Of a stretch of DNA of 64,000 nt, positions 1-11,341 are shown piece after piece. How positions within the stretch are numbered: the first letter of the stretch is position 1; each line of letters begins with the position of its first letter. The position numbers were made by a program, and so were the translations under genes. Under the pieces are notes generated by a model. That model was not told where the DNA came from and did no database searches. It was given only the letters and a program-made list of their open reading frames with translations. This DNA comes from Macrostomum lignano (Eukaryota): contig NIVC01000356.1 in the NCBI GenBank assembly GCA_002269645.1, positions 434,001 to 498,000 of the forward strand, written 5' to 3'.

Positions 1-504
1 GGTATTAGTGTATACCTGGTCCAGTAAGGAAAAAAGTACAAGACTACATTTATATGCTAGGACTAAAAATGTTTTTAACTTTGTATTTCAAAGTTATGCT
101 TTTTTATTTTTGAATTCATTATTGATGCAGAGTAACAAACTTAAAAAGTATGCACTTTTGTAATATACTAAAAATATAATTATAAAAAAAGTACTTTAAA
201 TACTTTTATTTGCTAAAAATTAAGAAAAAAGTTTTTCAAGGCAAAGTTAAAAAAATGTTTTTTATTATTCCTTGTTATGTGAATCCATGTTAATGGTGTT
301 GCATGTAACATGTTTTACATAAAGGCACTTTATTTGATCCTAATATGTATATAGGTATGCCATAGATCTAAGCCAAAAAATTTCCATTGTGTCATGTATG
401 CTGGAATATATGTTGATATATGCTGAAAAATGGCAAGTACCTGTCCTTTGTTATACAGTGGGAAATCCCTCCTAGTATACATGTCGCCTTTCAAACTATA
501 GGTA

Positions 505-1440
505 ATGCACGAGTGGACTTCCATTCCCACTGAAATCCATCAGTTGAAATTCTATGATTTGAATCCCATCTTCCAAATCATCTCTAAATCCTCTGTAAAA
601 CCTTTCAAATACCATATCTTGTTTTCCCTGTTTGCAAAAACTGACTGCCATTGTCCAGACTCAGACTCTTCTGTCTCCTCTCTCTTCTTTGCTCTCTTAT
701 CTCTAGTCTCATCTCTCATCTTTGTGCCCTGTGCTCTCATTTTTATCCTCTTCTTTCTCCTCACTAAATTCTCCTCTCTACATTTTCATCTCTCTCATTT
801 GTGAACTACTCTCTCCTGTCTCCTGTCTCCCCTCTTCTCTCCTCTCTTATCTCTCATCTCCACCCTCTTATCTATTGTCTCTCCTCTACCCTCTTTCTTC
901 TATTTCTCTCTCCTCTCTGCTTTCAATTTTCATATCTCCTATATGCTCTCACCTTCTCCTTTCTTATCTCCCATCTTTCTACCCTCCTTTCTACCATCTC
1001 CTGTCTTCTCTATTCTCTTTTATCTCTTATTCTCTAATCTCACTTTTCTTTTTTTTCCTTTCTCTTCTCATATTCTCCCCTCTCTTCTCTAATCTCTAAT
1101 CTCTTCTCTCTCTTATTTTCTCACTCATCTTTTTTCTCATTGCATCTCTCTTCTCTCCTCTCCTCACTACTTTCTTCTCTTAACTTTTTCATCTCTCATC
1201 CCTCATCTCACTCTTCTTTCTAGAAAACCTGGCGTAAGTTCCTAGGACCTTGGCATACATTTTAATATGAAGTGGCATAGATTTTTTAGGGGGGACTTTT
1301 TAATCTGGCATATACCATGACATGATCCTAACTATGGCCCCTGTGGACAAAGGTTAGGGTGGCTTTTTTTATAAACAGACCGCCAACCTCTACTAGAAAG
1401 ACAGAAGGGCCAAAAAGGTTAAGAAATCAGTTTTCTGCTT
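505..1440. repeat. Dispersed repeat with CT-rich low-complexity core
   Basis: 505-720 (ctgaaatccatcag...tttgcaaaaactgactgcc) recurs at ~27460-27700. 1330-1440 (ggccaaaaaggttaagaaa...ttttctgctttt) recurs at ~28460-28560. 660-1220 is pyrimidine-rich low-complexity sequence. Confidence 0.6.
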
Positions 1441-3113
1441 TTTTAGGGATCTTAAAATGTGAAAATGAAATATTAAAATAGCCTAAAGCCAATTCTAGAC
1501 AATTTTCTGTTTTCCCATCCCATATAAGTTTCTTCTATGTTGAGTTGCAAGTAGCCTAGGATAGGGGTTCCAGTGAGGTTTTGAAACATTTTTTATTCTT
1601 GGATATTTTTGGGCAGCTAAGTAGATCTCTGCAACCAAAATCCAAAATGGCCTCACTTGTTAATTTCTGTCAAGGAATAAAAAAGTTATAGCATTTTTAG
1701 TTGTATAAAATTTTGTAATTCCTTATGGCATTTTTGCATTACGGCCTGTGACCTTTTTTGCACAAAAAGTACAATTTTTCATATACTTTTATTTATAACT
1801 TTTTTGTCCCTTATCCAATTTTAATATGTTTGGTGTCATTTTTTTGCATTTTTTATATTTTTTGTGGCCCTATTAGAGTCTTTTTAAAGACTAAAGGGCC
1901 TTGGCTAGTAGGCCTGGTTGGAGTCGGCTAGATATGCTGAAAATCATATGTGCAAATGTGTATTACATGTATATATGTGCATTTTTACAATACATAGTAT
2001 TGTTCTTTTGAATATATATTTTTTTAGGTATTTAGCATTTTTACCAAGATGTACAGAGCAAATTCTGATCATATTTAACTGAATTTTCTTACTTTTTAGG
2101 CCTAGGCCAAGGCTAGGGACAGTCATTAGTTAGTATATTTCAATCCATCTTGCTCACATGTATTGACATTATAACTGCAGTCATATTGCTCATACACCAA
2201 TTTCAGCAATGAGCAGTGCCAGTGATGAAAACAGGCCTCCAGATGCCCCAGGGCCAGATCCAGTGCTGATAGTGACAGTTGGGAAGGCATTGCAGTTAAC
2301 CCAAAACTGCAAGGTCCCAGAGGCGATGCAGCACCTCATGCAGCATGTGGGTCTGCCTGCGAGTCATGTTGGCAGCTTGGCAACAAAGAATATCATGAAG
2401 AGGATAGCCAGGCTTCACCAAATAAAAAAAACGAAAAAAATCTGCAAATTTACCATTTATCTACTACAAGTAGACGCGCATTTTTTGGCAGGTTAACTTA
2501 AATATTGACCCTGCGGCAAACTTTCATGCAATGGGACTTATACCATGTCATTCAGCATGGAAATCTGCATATTAAACATGTTTAATTTCCTTGTCTCCGC
2601 ATCTGTGAAGACAGACATCAACTTTATTGTCTTTTTAATGGCAGTTTACATGTATAAAGGAACAGAGGCTCAGCTGCCTTGCGGCAAGTCATTCGAGATG
2701 CCTCTTTTTGGCAAAATGGAGCAAAGGTTACCCACATATCAAATTGAATTGTTTAAAATGCGGCCTTTCATGACGACACAAAGAAAAACGTGTTGAAAAT
2801 TTTCAACTGACAGTAGAGGGGCCTTAGAAATTTTTTTTTCATTTTTTTATTGCAAAATTTATGCTTTACTATATCCTTTATTCATTCCTTTCATTTAATT
2901 TGTTATTCCTAGCACGCTTTAAGGTGATATTTCAATTGGCCGTATGAAACCTCATTTTTACGATTGGCTTCATTTCATATTTGTGACGCTTTTTGTGGTA
3001 ACTTTCGACATGTTACCACAAAACATAACTTTTTTCTTATGTCATACTATAAGAAGGTTCAACACATTTTGGAAAGTATAATTTGTCTAGTTTCTGTTGT
3101 ATATTTCAGTTTG

Positions 3114-3400
3114 TCTTTATTTCGTAATTTAGTACCTTTTTTCTTCATTCTACGTACCATACTCCGGAAGGTGACTGGTACGCCGGAGATTTCCGGCGTA
3201 CCAAATGAGTTTTCCGAAAAATTGGCGTACCACCATTGGCGTACCACCAATTCGAAAAAGCATTTGGCGTACCACCTTTGGCGTACCACCAAGCTGAAGT
3301 TGAATTGGCGTACCACTTTTAGCGTACCATAGGCACCACCAGGCAAAAAAATTGTTGCCAGAGTAAAAACTTTTTGTAATTTTGCGTAAATTACGACATA
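3114..3400. mobile_element. MITE-like element with internal hairpin and repeated GGCGTACCA motifs
   Basis: Perfect 12-bp stem tggtacgccgga/tccggcgtacca at ~3176-3203, then about 6 ggcgtacca(cc) motifs. Imperfect inverted ends (tcgtaattta / taaattacga). No TSD established. Confidence 0.4.
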
Positions 3401-4080
3401 CAAGATACAACTACATCACACGACAATGTATTTTACGTAAAAAATTGCATATATTTTTTCCTGCATTGTATAACTTGATTAATCATTTTATAAATATATT
3501 AATAAAATAATTTAGCCTAGTATTATTGGTAAATAAATTTCTGAGCGCTGATTATATCTGTTATTTTTTAATAATTGTTAAAGTTTGTCCGCCATATTTT
3601 TACCGTTTTCAAAGTCAAAATGTTTATTATTTCTTTCGTACTAACATTAACATACGATTTTTAGTGCCGCAACATTATACACTGAGGGACCCCCATGTCT
3701 TTCTTTTGGCATACCACTGGCATACCACTTGGGAATCCTCCTTTTTCCTTCCGGCGTACCACATTACACCATCCGGACTATGGTCTACATAGGACACATT
3801 TTCACATTTTTCGTGTTTTGGGACATATTTCACAAACCTCATCGGAACCCCTACCTAGGAGGAGTTACATTACATACACACACACATACAAATAACACAT
3901 CAGTTTTATTATATTGAAATAGCCTAAAGCCGATTCCAGAAAATTTGCAGTTTTCCTATATAAGTTTCAATGCTAAGTTGCAAGTAGGCCTAGCCTAGGA
4001 GGAGTTACGTTATATACACATATATACACACATACATACAAACAACACATCAGTTTTGGCATTAGGAGATGATTGATAGA

Positions 4081-4378
4081 CATACATGCGCAACAGTCGG
4101 CCAAGTCGGCCGATCTGGCCGACCGATTTGGCGGCCAACCAAGAAAGTCGCAAAAATGCCCACCCAAAAAAACACCCAAGTAATAGTACTAAGTAGCTGA
4201 CGAGGCATTTTAGCTTACTAAGACAGTCATAGTTACTCCTGCCGTTTACCCAAAGTTGCGTTAATTTTGCTTTAGGGTTTTTTTACATGTAAGTCGCATT
4301 TTTGGCCAAAAACTACGTCGCATTTTTGTTAAAACTAAGTCGCACGGCCGACCGAATTTTGGAGGTTGCGCATGTATG
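4081..4378. mobile_element. Non-autonomous hAT-type DNA transposon (298 bp)
   Basis: Perfect 14-bp TIR CATACATGCGCAAC...GTTGCGCATGTATG with 8-bp TSD ttgataga (4073-4080, 4379-4386). CA..TG ends and an 8-bp TSD are typical of hAT. Confidence 0.85.
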
Positions 4379-4600
4379 TTGATAGATAGGCATAGCAAAA
4401 ATCATTCCAGCGTGCATATGCCACCTTCTTGACTATGGCCTATATGCAAAAAGTTGTATATCAAAAATAAAGTTTTATGGCCCAAAGTCAAACAGTAACA
4501 ATACAAGGTTTTTTAATTATTATGGCCAAACTTCTTGTTTAAAAAGTAGGCCCCCTAAATACAAAAATTGATGCTTAAATATGCAAGAATAAACACATAC

Positions 4601-4690
4601 ATCACCACGAACGAGAACGTCAGCAGTTGTGACAGCTTCTATTTCTTCTGTTCCGTTCGTAATAATCACAAGTGCAGTCTTCTTCGACAT
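4601..4690 (-). CDS. PARK7: DJ-1/PfpI family (PARK7) first coding exon; remaining exons not found in this window
   Basis: MSKKTALVIITNGTEEIEAVTTADVLVRGD matches the DJ-1 N-terminus (human [30 protein letters not shown]). The 90-bp exon ends at a GTATGT donor, phase 0, after codon 30. Confidence 0.85.
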
Positions 4691-4848
4691 ACTTTTAAAT
4701 GAGATATTAAATAAACCAAAATTCAATGAAGCCTGAAAACTTTTTTAAATTGATTGATTGCGCAATGTTGTCAACAAAAAATGCAAGCATAATGCTTAAT
4801 CTGTTTTATAGCGCGGCTTAAAGCGGTCTTGTTGCATTCGTTTCTCGT

Positions 4849-7800
4849 GGGTGATTCTCATCGAGAGGTTTTAGAGGTTTTGAGGTTTTTCAGAGGTTTC
4901 ATTTCGAACAAATATTTTTGCACAAAATTTTTAATACTGTACAAAAATTGAAATCCTATTTAAATTTTCTAATGAATACAAATTTTCTTTAGGAAATAGC
5001 TCGGAGGTTTTGGATTCTTTTTAATTTTGCTTCTTATAGGCACGCGCGGAAATTATTTAACTTAGGCAACTATTTTTATGCTTTAAGAAAGTGGTTTTTT
5101 AAAAACACTACACGCAACACAACACACTGGTAATGTCATCGTTGCCATTGGCATTTACATTCAAGGTGCAAAAATAAAATAAAAAAATATTCGACTTGAA
5201 GGCGCTGCTTGAAATATACTGAAAACATATAGACAGCTGTTTCATCCGTTTCCTGTTTTGACTTGAGTGCTGCATACCATTTTGCATTCGAATTATGTAA
5301 AGACATTGACGACCTGCATGCATACTGCCTCAGAGAAGTAAATAGAAGAATTAATATTGTCTCAATGTTTTTTATAAATATATGAGGGCCTAGAATTACA
5401 AGTATGCATTTTACTTTTTATTACTTAAAGCAAAGCATTTTACTTTTAATCATAAAATTTATTTTAATTATTAAAAGCTATTAGCTTTTCTCTCATAAAT
5501 AACACTAGTTGCACAACTGTTACTGCTGACAAAAGCTCTAACACCTTAGATTTAGTTCTTATACAAACAAAATGCTTGCAGTAAGACTTTGTACATATAT
5601 TGCACCACCTTTGTTTGATGCTAAAAATCTATGTTGAGCAATAAGCTAGATAGCCGATACCAATATTTTTACTAGAGTTGAAACTAAAAAGTCATTGGAC
5701 ACATTTTTGACATTGTTTATTTAAAAATATTATAATTTCTTCAATATAAATGTATTATTGGCATCTTTAAAGATTGCAAGAACAAATCATTATGTTTATT
5801 GACTTTTGAAATTGATTGTTTATGAAAAGTTTTAGATGAAAGTAATCAATACCTTTTATTTCAACATACTTTGTTTCAGCTGCCAATACCATGCCTGAAC
5901 TACCGCTTGCCTGGTCTCCTGCCTGCATTCTGAGCCTGTACAGGCCAACAATGCTTCATGTTTGTCTAATCTAATAACAGGCATTATGGCATTCCATGTC
6001 CTATACCCACTTATGTTGCGACTCAGTGCAACCTAGCTCGCCATCGCCACCCTTAGAGCTTTGGCAGGCTGGTTGCTTTTGTGGTGGCAATTGGTTTGGT
6101 TGTCAGCATACAGAAGATGGCTGTGCTCTAGCTACTATCCTTGTGCTCTTTTACCTTGGGGTTGCAATAGGGGCCTCGCGGCCTATTCGCGGCGCCTGTG
6201 CCCCCCGTCAGTAGTAAGTAAGTAAGTAGCTACTAACCAGATGACATCGACCAACAGCCTAGGGGCTAATCTACTGCGCACTGCCTTCGAGATGAGTGAC
6301 TGAAGTTCTTCAACTGCTTGCTGGCTGACGCGCTACAGCCTTCGTTTTAGCAGGCATTGTCTTTCATATGCGCATTAACTTTAGTTAAGAAAAGTTAAGA
6401 ACTTCACTTTCATCTGAGTAAATAACAAGAAAAGACTTATATCCTCTCATGTAAATATCTGAAATGTGAACTTTTAAACTGTTTTGATTTGACTCTCAAA
6501 GAATATTTATAATATAGTGTATTTAGGCAATGTAACAGCAATGTATGGATAAATATACATACTGATAAAGAAAATACAAAACATTCCTTCTTTGTTTTTG
6601 AAATGCATTCTTGCAATGTTCGATGTTTTAAAAATGAAGGGCCTAAAAAAATAAGGCAAGACCAATTGGCAACTACCGTGAAGCTCATTTGCTTGTATCA
6701 AGTTGGCGTACGCTGGCTGACATTGGGTTATCTATCAGGCTTGGAGTCTTGCCGCACTAAACCCTTGAAAAAACGTTAGCCAGCCTTTTGAGATGCAGCA
6801 TAGCATTCCAGGTTCAATGACATGTCTATGAAGATGCATCCTACATTGTCATACATGCGCAACTTTGGGAATCACCCGGCCGTTTCTATTGGCAACACAC
6901 ACATGTAAGTCGCTATTGGCTGAGAGCAGTCACGTGACTACTATTCCGTCCAATAGCGACTTACATGTGTGTGTTGCCAATAGAAACGGCCGAGGGAATC
7001 CCAAGGTTGCGCCCAAGCATGTACATTGTCAAGACCACCAAGGTGATCGAGACCTCAATATTGTAGGGTGAGGAACATGGGCAATGCTTCTCCAGTGCGC
7101 AGTTTCTGCTGTGGCCAGCAAAGTGCAATCGGGCAGTCGCATTATGTCAGTTGTAGTGAGTTCCATTTGGATCAGTAACACTCGGCTGCTGCTGCTGGAC
7201 AAAAATGATTGGTGTGAGTTCCCTTGGCACAATTCCTACAGGGCAATCAGGTGGGCTGCAAATTCCTCTCCAAGATTGGCACCAGCATGCCTGACATTGC
7301 TTTTCATGGCCTCCAATTGAGACTATCGAACCAGTTGATGCTGGAAGCCCAAAAATGTGACAATTGGACTCAAGTGATGCAATGATGAGCAACAATGCTA
7401 TAGTTGAGCCGCGCCAAAAGCATATCACGCCAACCGTGACTTCTAGAAGCATATCATCTTATGCAATGGTATTTTAGCAAGCCATTGCTTTGCACAAATT
7501 CCCATAGTTTGATAGGTTCTGGAAAGATGGCACGATTGAGAAATACAATGTTAGTCATACATTTTAGTATATGGGTGTAGTGTAAGTACTTAACTTCATA
7601 AGAAAATCTAAAGATTTAGAGCCTTCTCCCCAACATGGTTGGCACCATGCATTTCATTGGCATGATAATTACTGTGGATGATAAGAGAGTATATTTGTTT
7701 AATATTAAAACAATTTACTTATAAAGTAAATTAAAAATTGAATAAAAATGTGATAACTAGGCATACATAAGGGCAAGCTACTATTTACTTTGAATATTTG

Positions 7801-8789
7801 CATAAAAAGACAAAAACTAAAGTAAGATACTAATGTATAAGAATAATAGAAATTGTACTCAACTATATCAACTTAAATTATAACTGAATATAAAGCTATT
7901 AATAAATTATATTTAAAATTGAAAATGTAAAAATTTCAGATCATTAGAGCTTTCAATTTTATAGGTAGAGGTAAAGCTGTAAAATAAAAAATTGCCATTT
8001 TTAAAGCTTTGTGAAGAGAATTATTCACTAGTATTAGAGGCTTAGGTAATAAATTTTTATCTTATGTGCATTGTGTGTTAGGATTTAGGATGATGATGTA
8101 AAAATAGTAAATAATAGAAAATATAAAAATAAAAGTTTTAGTATAATGGATGTAAAATAAAAAAAGAATATCAAATAAGTGAAAAAAATAATTTTATTTT
8201 ACATTATAGATGCCTAGTTAAATACTTAGGGCCTTTAGTTAGTTAGACTAACAATCTATATTAAATAGCGACTGATACTGACTTGATGAAAAAATACTGA
8301 CTTGGTCTTGTTAGTCTTCATTTAGTTAGTCTGGCTTAAAAATTGATAGCTTTCTTAAGACCAAGTCAAAAACAATATGAAATTCATATTAATAAATAGT
8401 GTCTGTTTTTAATTACATGGACAGGTCAAGTAGAAATTAGGATAGTTACGAATATGCATTAAAATAGAACAACACACACTTGTGACTATTCGCAACTTTG
8501 CGCTTATGAAATGAAAAGGAAGCAATAAAAATGGCATGGCATAAAATGTGTCAGACTACCACTTCGCATAAAAACAGTTAAATAATTTCCGCGCGTGCCT
8601 ATCAAAAGCAAAATTAAAAAGAATTCAAAACCTCCGAGCTATTTTCTAAAGAAAATTTGTATTCATTAGTAAATTTCAGTAAGATTTCAATTTTTGTACA
8701 GTATTAAAAATTTTGTGCAAAAATATTTGTTCGAAATGAAACCTCTGAAAAACCTCAAAACCTCTAAAACCTCTCGATGAGAATCACCC
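4849..8789. mobile_element. Non-autonomous Mutator-like (MULE) element, 3941 bp
   Basis: ~214-bp TIRs (4849-5062 and 8576-8789, starting GGGTGATTCTCATCGAGAGG) with perfect 9-bp TSD gtttctcgt (4840-4848, 8790-8798). No transposase ORF recognised inside. Confidence 0.85.
6850..7021 (+). mobile_element. 172-bp palindromic hAT-type MITE, nested in the MULE
   Basis: Ends CATACATGCGCAAC / GTTGCGCCCAAGCATG, 8-bp TSD tacattgt (6842-6849, 7022-7029), long internal inverted repeat. Other copies at 14719 and 55425. Confidence 0.9.
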
Positions 8790-10112
8790 GTTTCTCGTAA
8801 GATTGTTAATTAAATTCTATAAAAAAATTAACAAACCATTTTTAAAGTATAAAGTTAGTAGACAGCTAATGTAGTAAAATGAATTAAACAGTTCAAATTT
8901 TTTTAAAAATAATTAATTTTGTTGTTGGTTGGTCAGATTGTCAAATTCCATTTCGTCACATAGGCTACAGATTAAGTAACCAGGAATGAGCGAAATCTTT
9001 ACTGTAAATTACTAGTACTACGGCGTAGCAAACAAATATATTACTTATAGCTGTACTCTTAATTTTTCATAAACTAATCATTGAAATTGTGGATGACAAT
9101 GTTTTGTAAACTAGATTACAAAAACGTACACAAAACTAAACCGGCAAATTTGACATGCTTAATTAATCACTCTCAGTTGGTGAAATGCTAAAGATTTAGA
9201 GAAGTAAGCACTAAATCTATTTTCACTTTGGATTTTAATAAACATAATCACATACAAGCATATATTTCGCCATCTGCGATAACTGACTAAAAAGTGCATG
9301 GTAAAAGCGCGCGCGGCCGTCGAAGAATGGAAACATGTATATAGCTGCATGTTGTATCAGAAGAAATTGACGCAAAAACCCTCTGGTTGACTTTTCAATT
9401 CAATGTAGGATCGAAAACAAAATAGAACGGACACACCTGCAACCGGAGTCTGCACACGTGCGGACCTCGGACAATTAAAAATATTCAAATTATTTATTAT
9501 TAAATTATTATTTTATTATTTTCTTTTACATGTACATAGTACGAGTGAATTTACATGTAAATAGAATTCGTTATACATGGATGATGAAATGACAGGAATA
9601 TGAATGAGGTGATAAAGTGAACGCGCGTACAAGCTTACATGGTGAATGTACATTGCATGTGCTCACTACATAGTTTAATTATAACAACTGTACTGCTATG
9701 TACATGTATACTACACATGTACTGATGTACAGTGTAAAGTGAATTCGTTTCAGAGTTCATAATGAGAATAATCATGGATGAGTTGATAATGTTGAAACGC
9801 GCGTTGCAGGCTAGTGTAAAAAATTGTACTCACCATACATGTACATGTAAAAGTACATGATATGCAATTCAGTACCATGAAAGCAAGTGGTGCGACCGTG
9901 ACGGAAAAAACAAAAAAATTAAAAAAATACGCAAAGGACAAAAACAATTGGACTGAAATTATGGAACTCAAAAAACGCGTTCAGAAACTCTAACAGGTGG
10001 ATCGGAATGAACTGCAGTAAACTACCTGCACATGCAGTTGTTATGACAGTCACTCTAGATAGCAATGACGAATTTCTAGACAAAGTCCCAGCTATACGAG
10101 CTCGATGCAAAT

Positions 10113-11341
10113 TCACAGCTTGCCACCGCGGCGCTCGGCTCGGTCGTCCTCCCGGTCGGCAGCGGTGATCGCGCGTCGACTGCGACTCGGCTGCTCGGCC
10201 TGGGGACGCTCGAGGGCGTGTCGACGTCGCCTACCGCCGGCTGCCGCGTCGTCGTCGGCGGCCATGAGAGCCGTTGCCCGGCCGTGCCATTCGCGATCGA
10301 ATGAGTCGACTTCGCCTGTTAGAGAATGGAATTGAGGAGCGAAATGTGCTTGTAATGGATTGCTAATCTAACCCATGAGAATTTCATGTAGTTGAGTAGA
10401 ATAAGTTGCTGATGGAAACTTACCTTCGCTAATGCCTGAATACTTGTGATCCTCGTGCTGATCGCCGGTGCCCATGTTTCGGCGACGTTCTACCACGTGT
10501 CCCCTGGCGCCAATGTGCCGGCCATGGGCGGCGCGTTCCTCTTGAGCTCTGGTGTCGCGAACGGCTCGTCTGCAAAGGTAAGAAGTTGGAGAACATTTCA
10601 AAAGGTTTTTGCTTGTGGCTTTCAACTCATTTCCAGATCGGAAAAAGCAGCTGAGATCCTGCAGAGGTGCCAACAGCAGTTTGCGAAAGCTTACCTGGTC
10701 TCGCGGACGCCCCCAGGACCGGATCGAGTCTCGGACATGGCTTGATAAACGTGCGGCTCGCCTTTCTCGCCGTCATATTGGCGCGAGTACACGGACGCGT
10801 GGCTGTACATGTGACCGTCGAAATCGTCGCGCGAGGCCGCCTCCTCCATCTGGCGCATCCGGTCGCCCATGTCGGCCATCATGCGCTGCATGCCGGTCAT
10901 CATCTGCAATATTATAAAGTTATGTTGAAATCTTCTGGACCAAACCGACTGCAATCAATGAGTTCAATAGTCGGACCAAGCACTATTATAGAAAGACCAA
11001 GACACCCCGGAAAACAGTGTAGCAGATCGTAAAAACAAAGAAAAAGTTATCTACGGTTTTAAATGTTTGCTTACCTGGTTGAACTGGCGCTCAAACGACG
11101 CCAAACCCCCAAACATAGACGAATATGGTGCCATTGCGAAGTCATCTCCCGCGCCTCGTTCCGGCCTGCGCTCGGCAACTTGACGCTGCTGGCGGGATCC
11201 ATGATCGTATCGATCAAGCTGACGGCTTTTGGTCCCTCCATGCTCGTCGTCAAAGGCGGCAGCGTCCGGTCGTTGGCGAACCTGTCGAGTTGGGTAGTGC
11301 TCACCGGAGCGATAGTCGCGGGCGCCGCGGTCTTCTAGCAT
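10113..11341 (-). CDS. MLF: Myeloid leukemia factor (MLF1/2 family), ~274 aa
   Basis: Exons 11075-11341 (acceptor at 11378 implies an upstream exon), 10695-10903, 10424-10569, 10113-10315; all GT-AG and phase-consistent. MLF motifs VYQAMSETRSGPGGVRETRRAVRD, HIGARGHVVERRRNMGTGDQHE, FDREW. Confidence 0.85.

Noticed and set aside
2209-2796. 95-aa and 83-aa ORFs as a gene or transposase relic
   Set aside because: No recognisable domain, splice structure or element ends.
1-4600. Further DJ-1 exons
   Set aside because: No frame gave the expected VxCSR, LPGG or AICAGP motifs; downstream exons are presumably left of the window.
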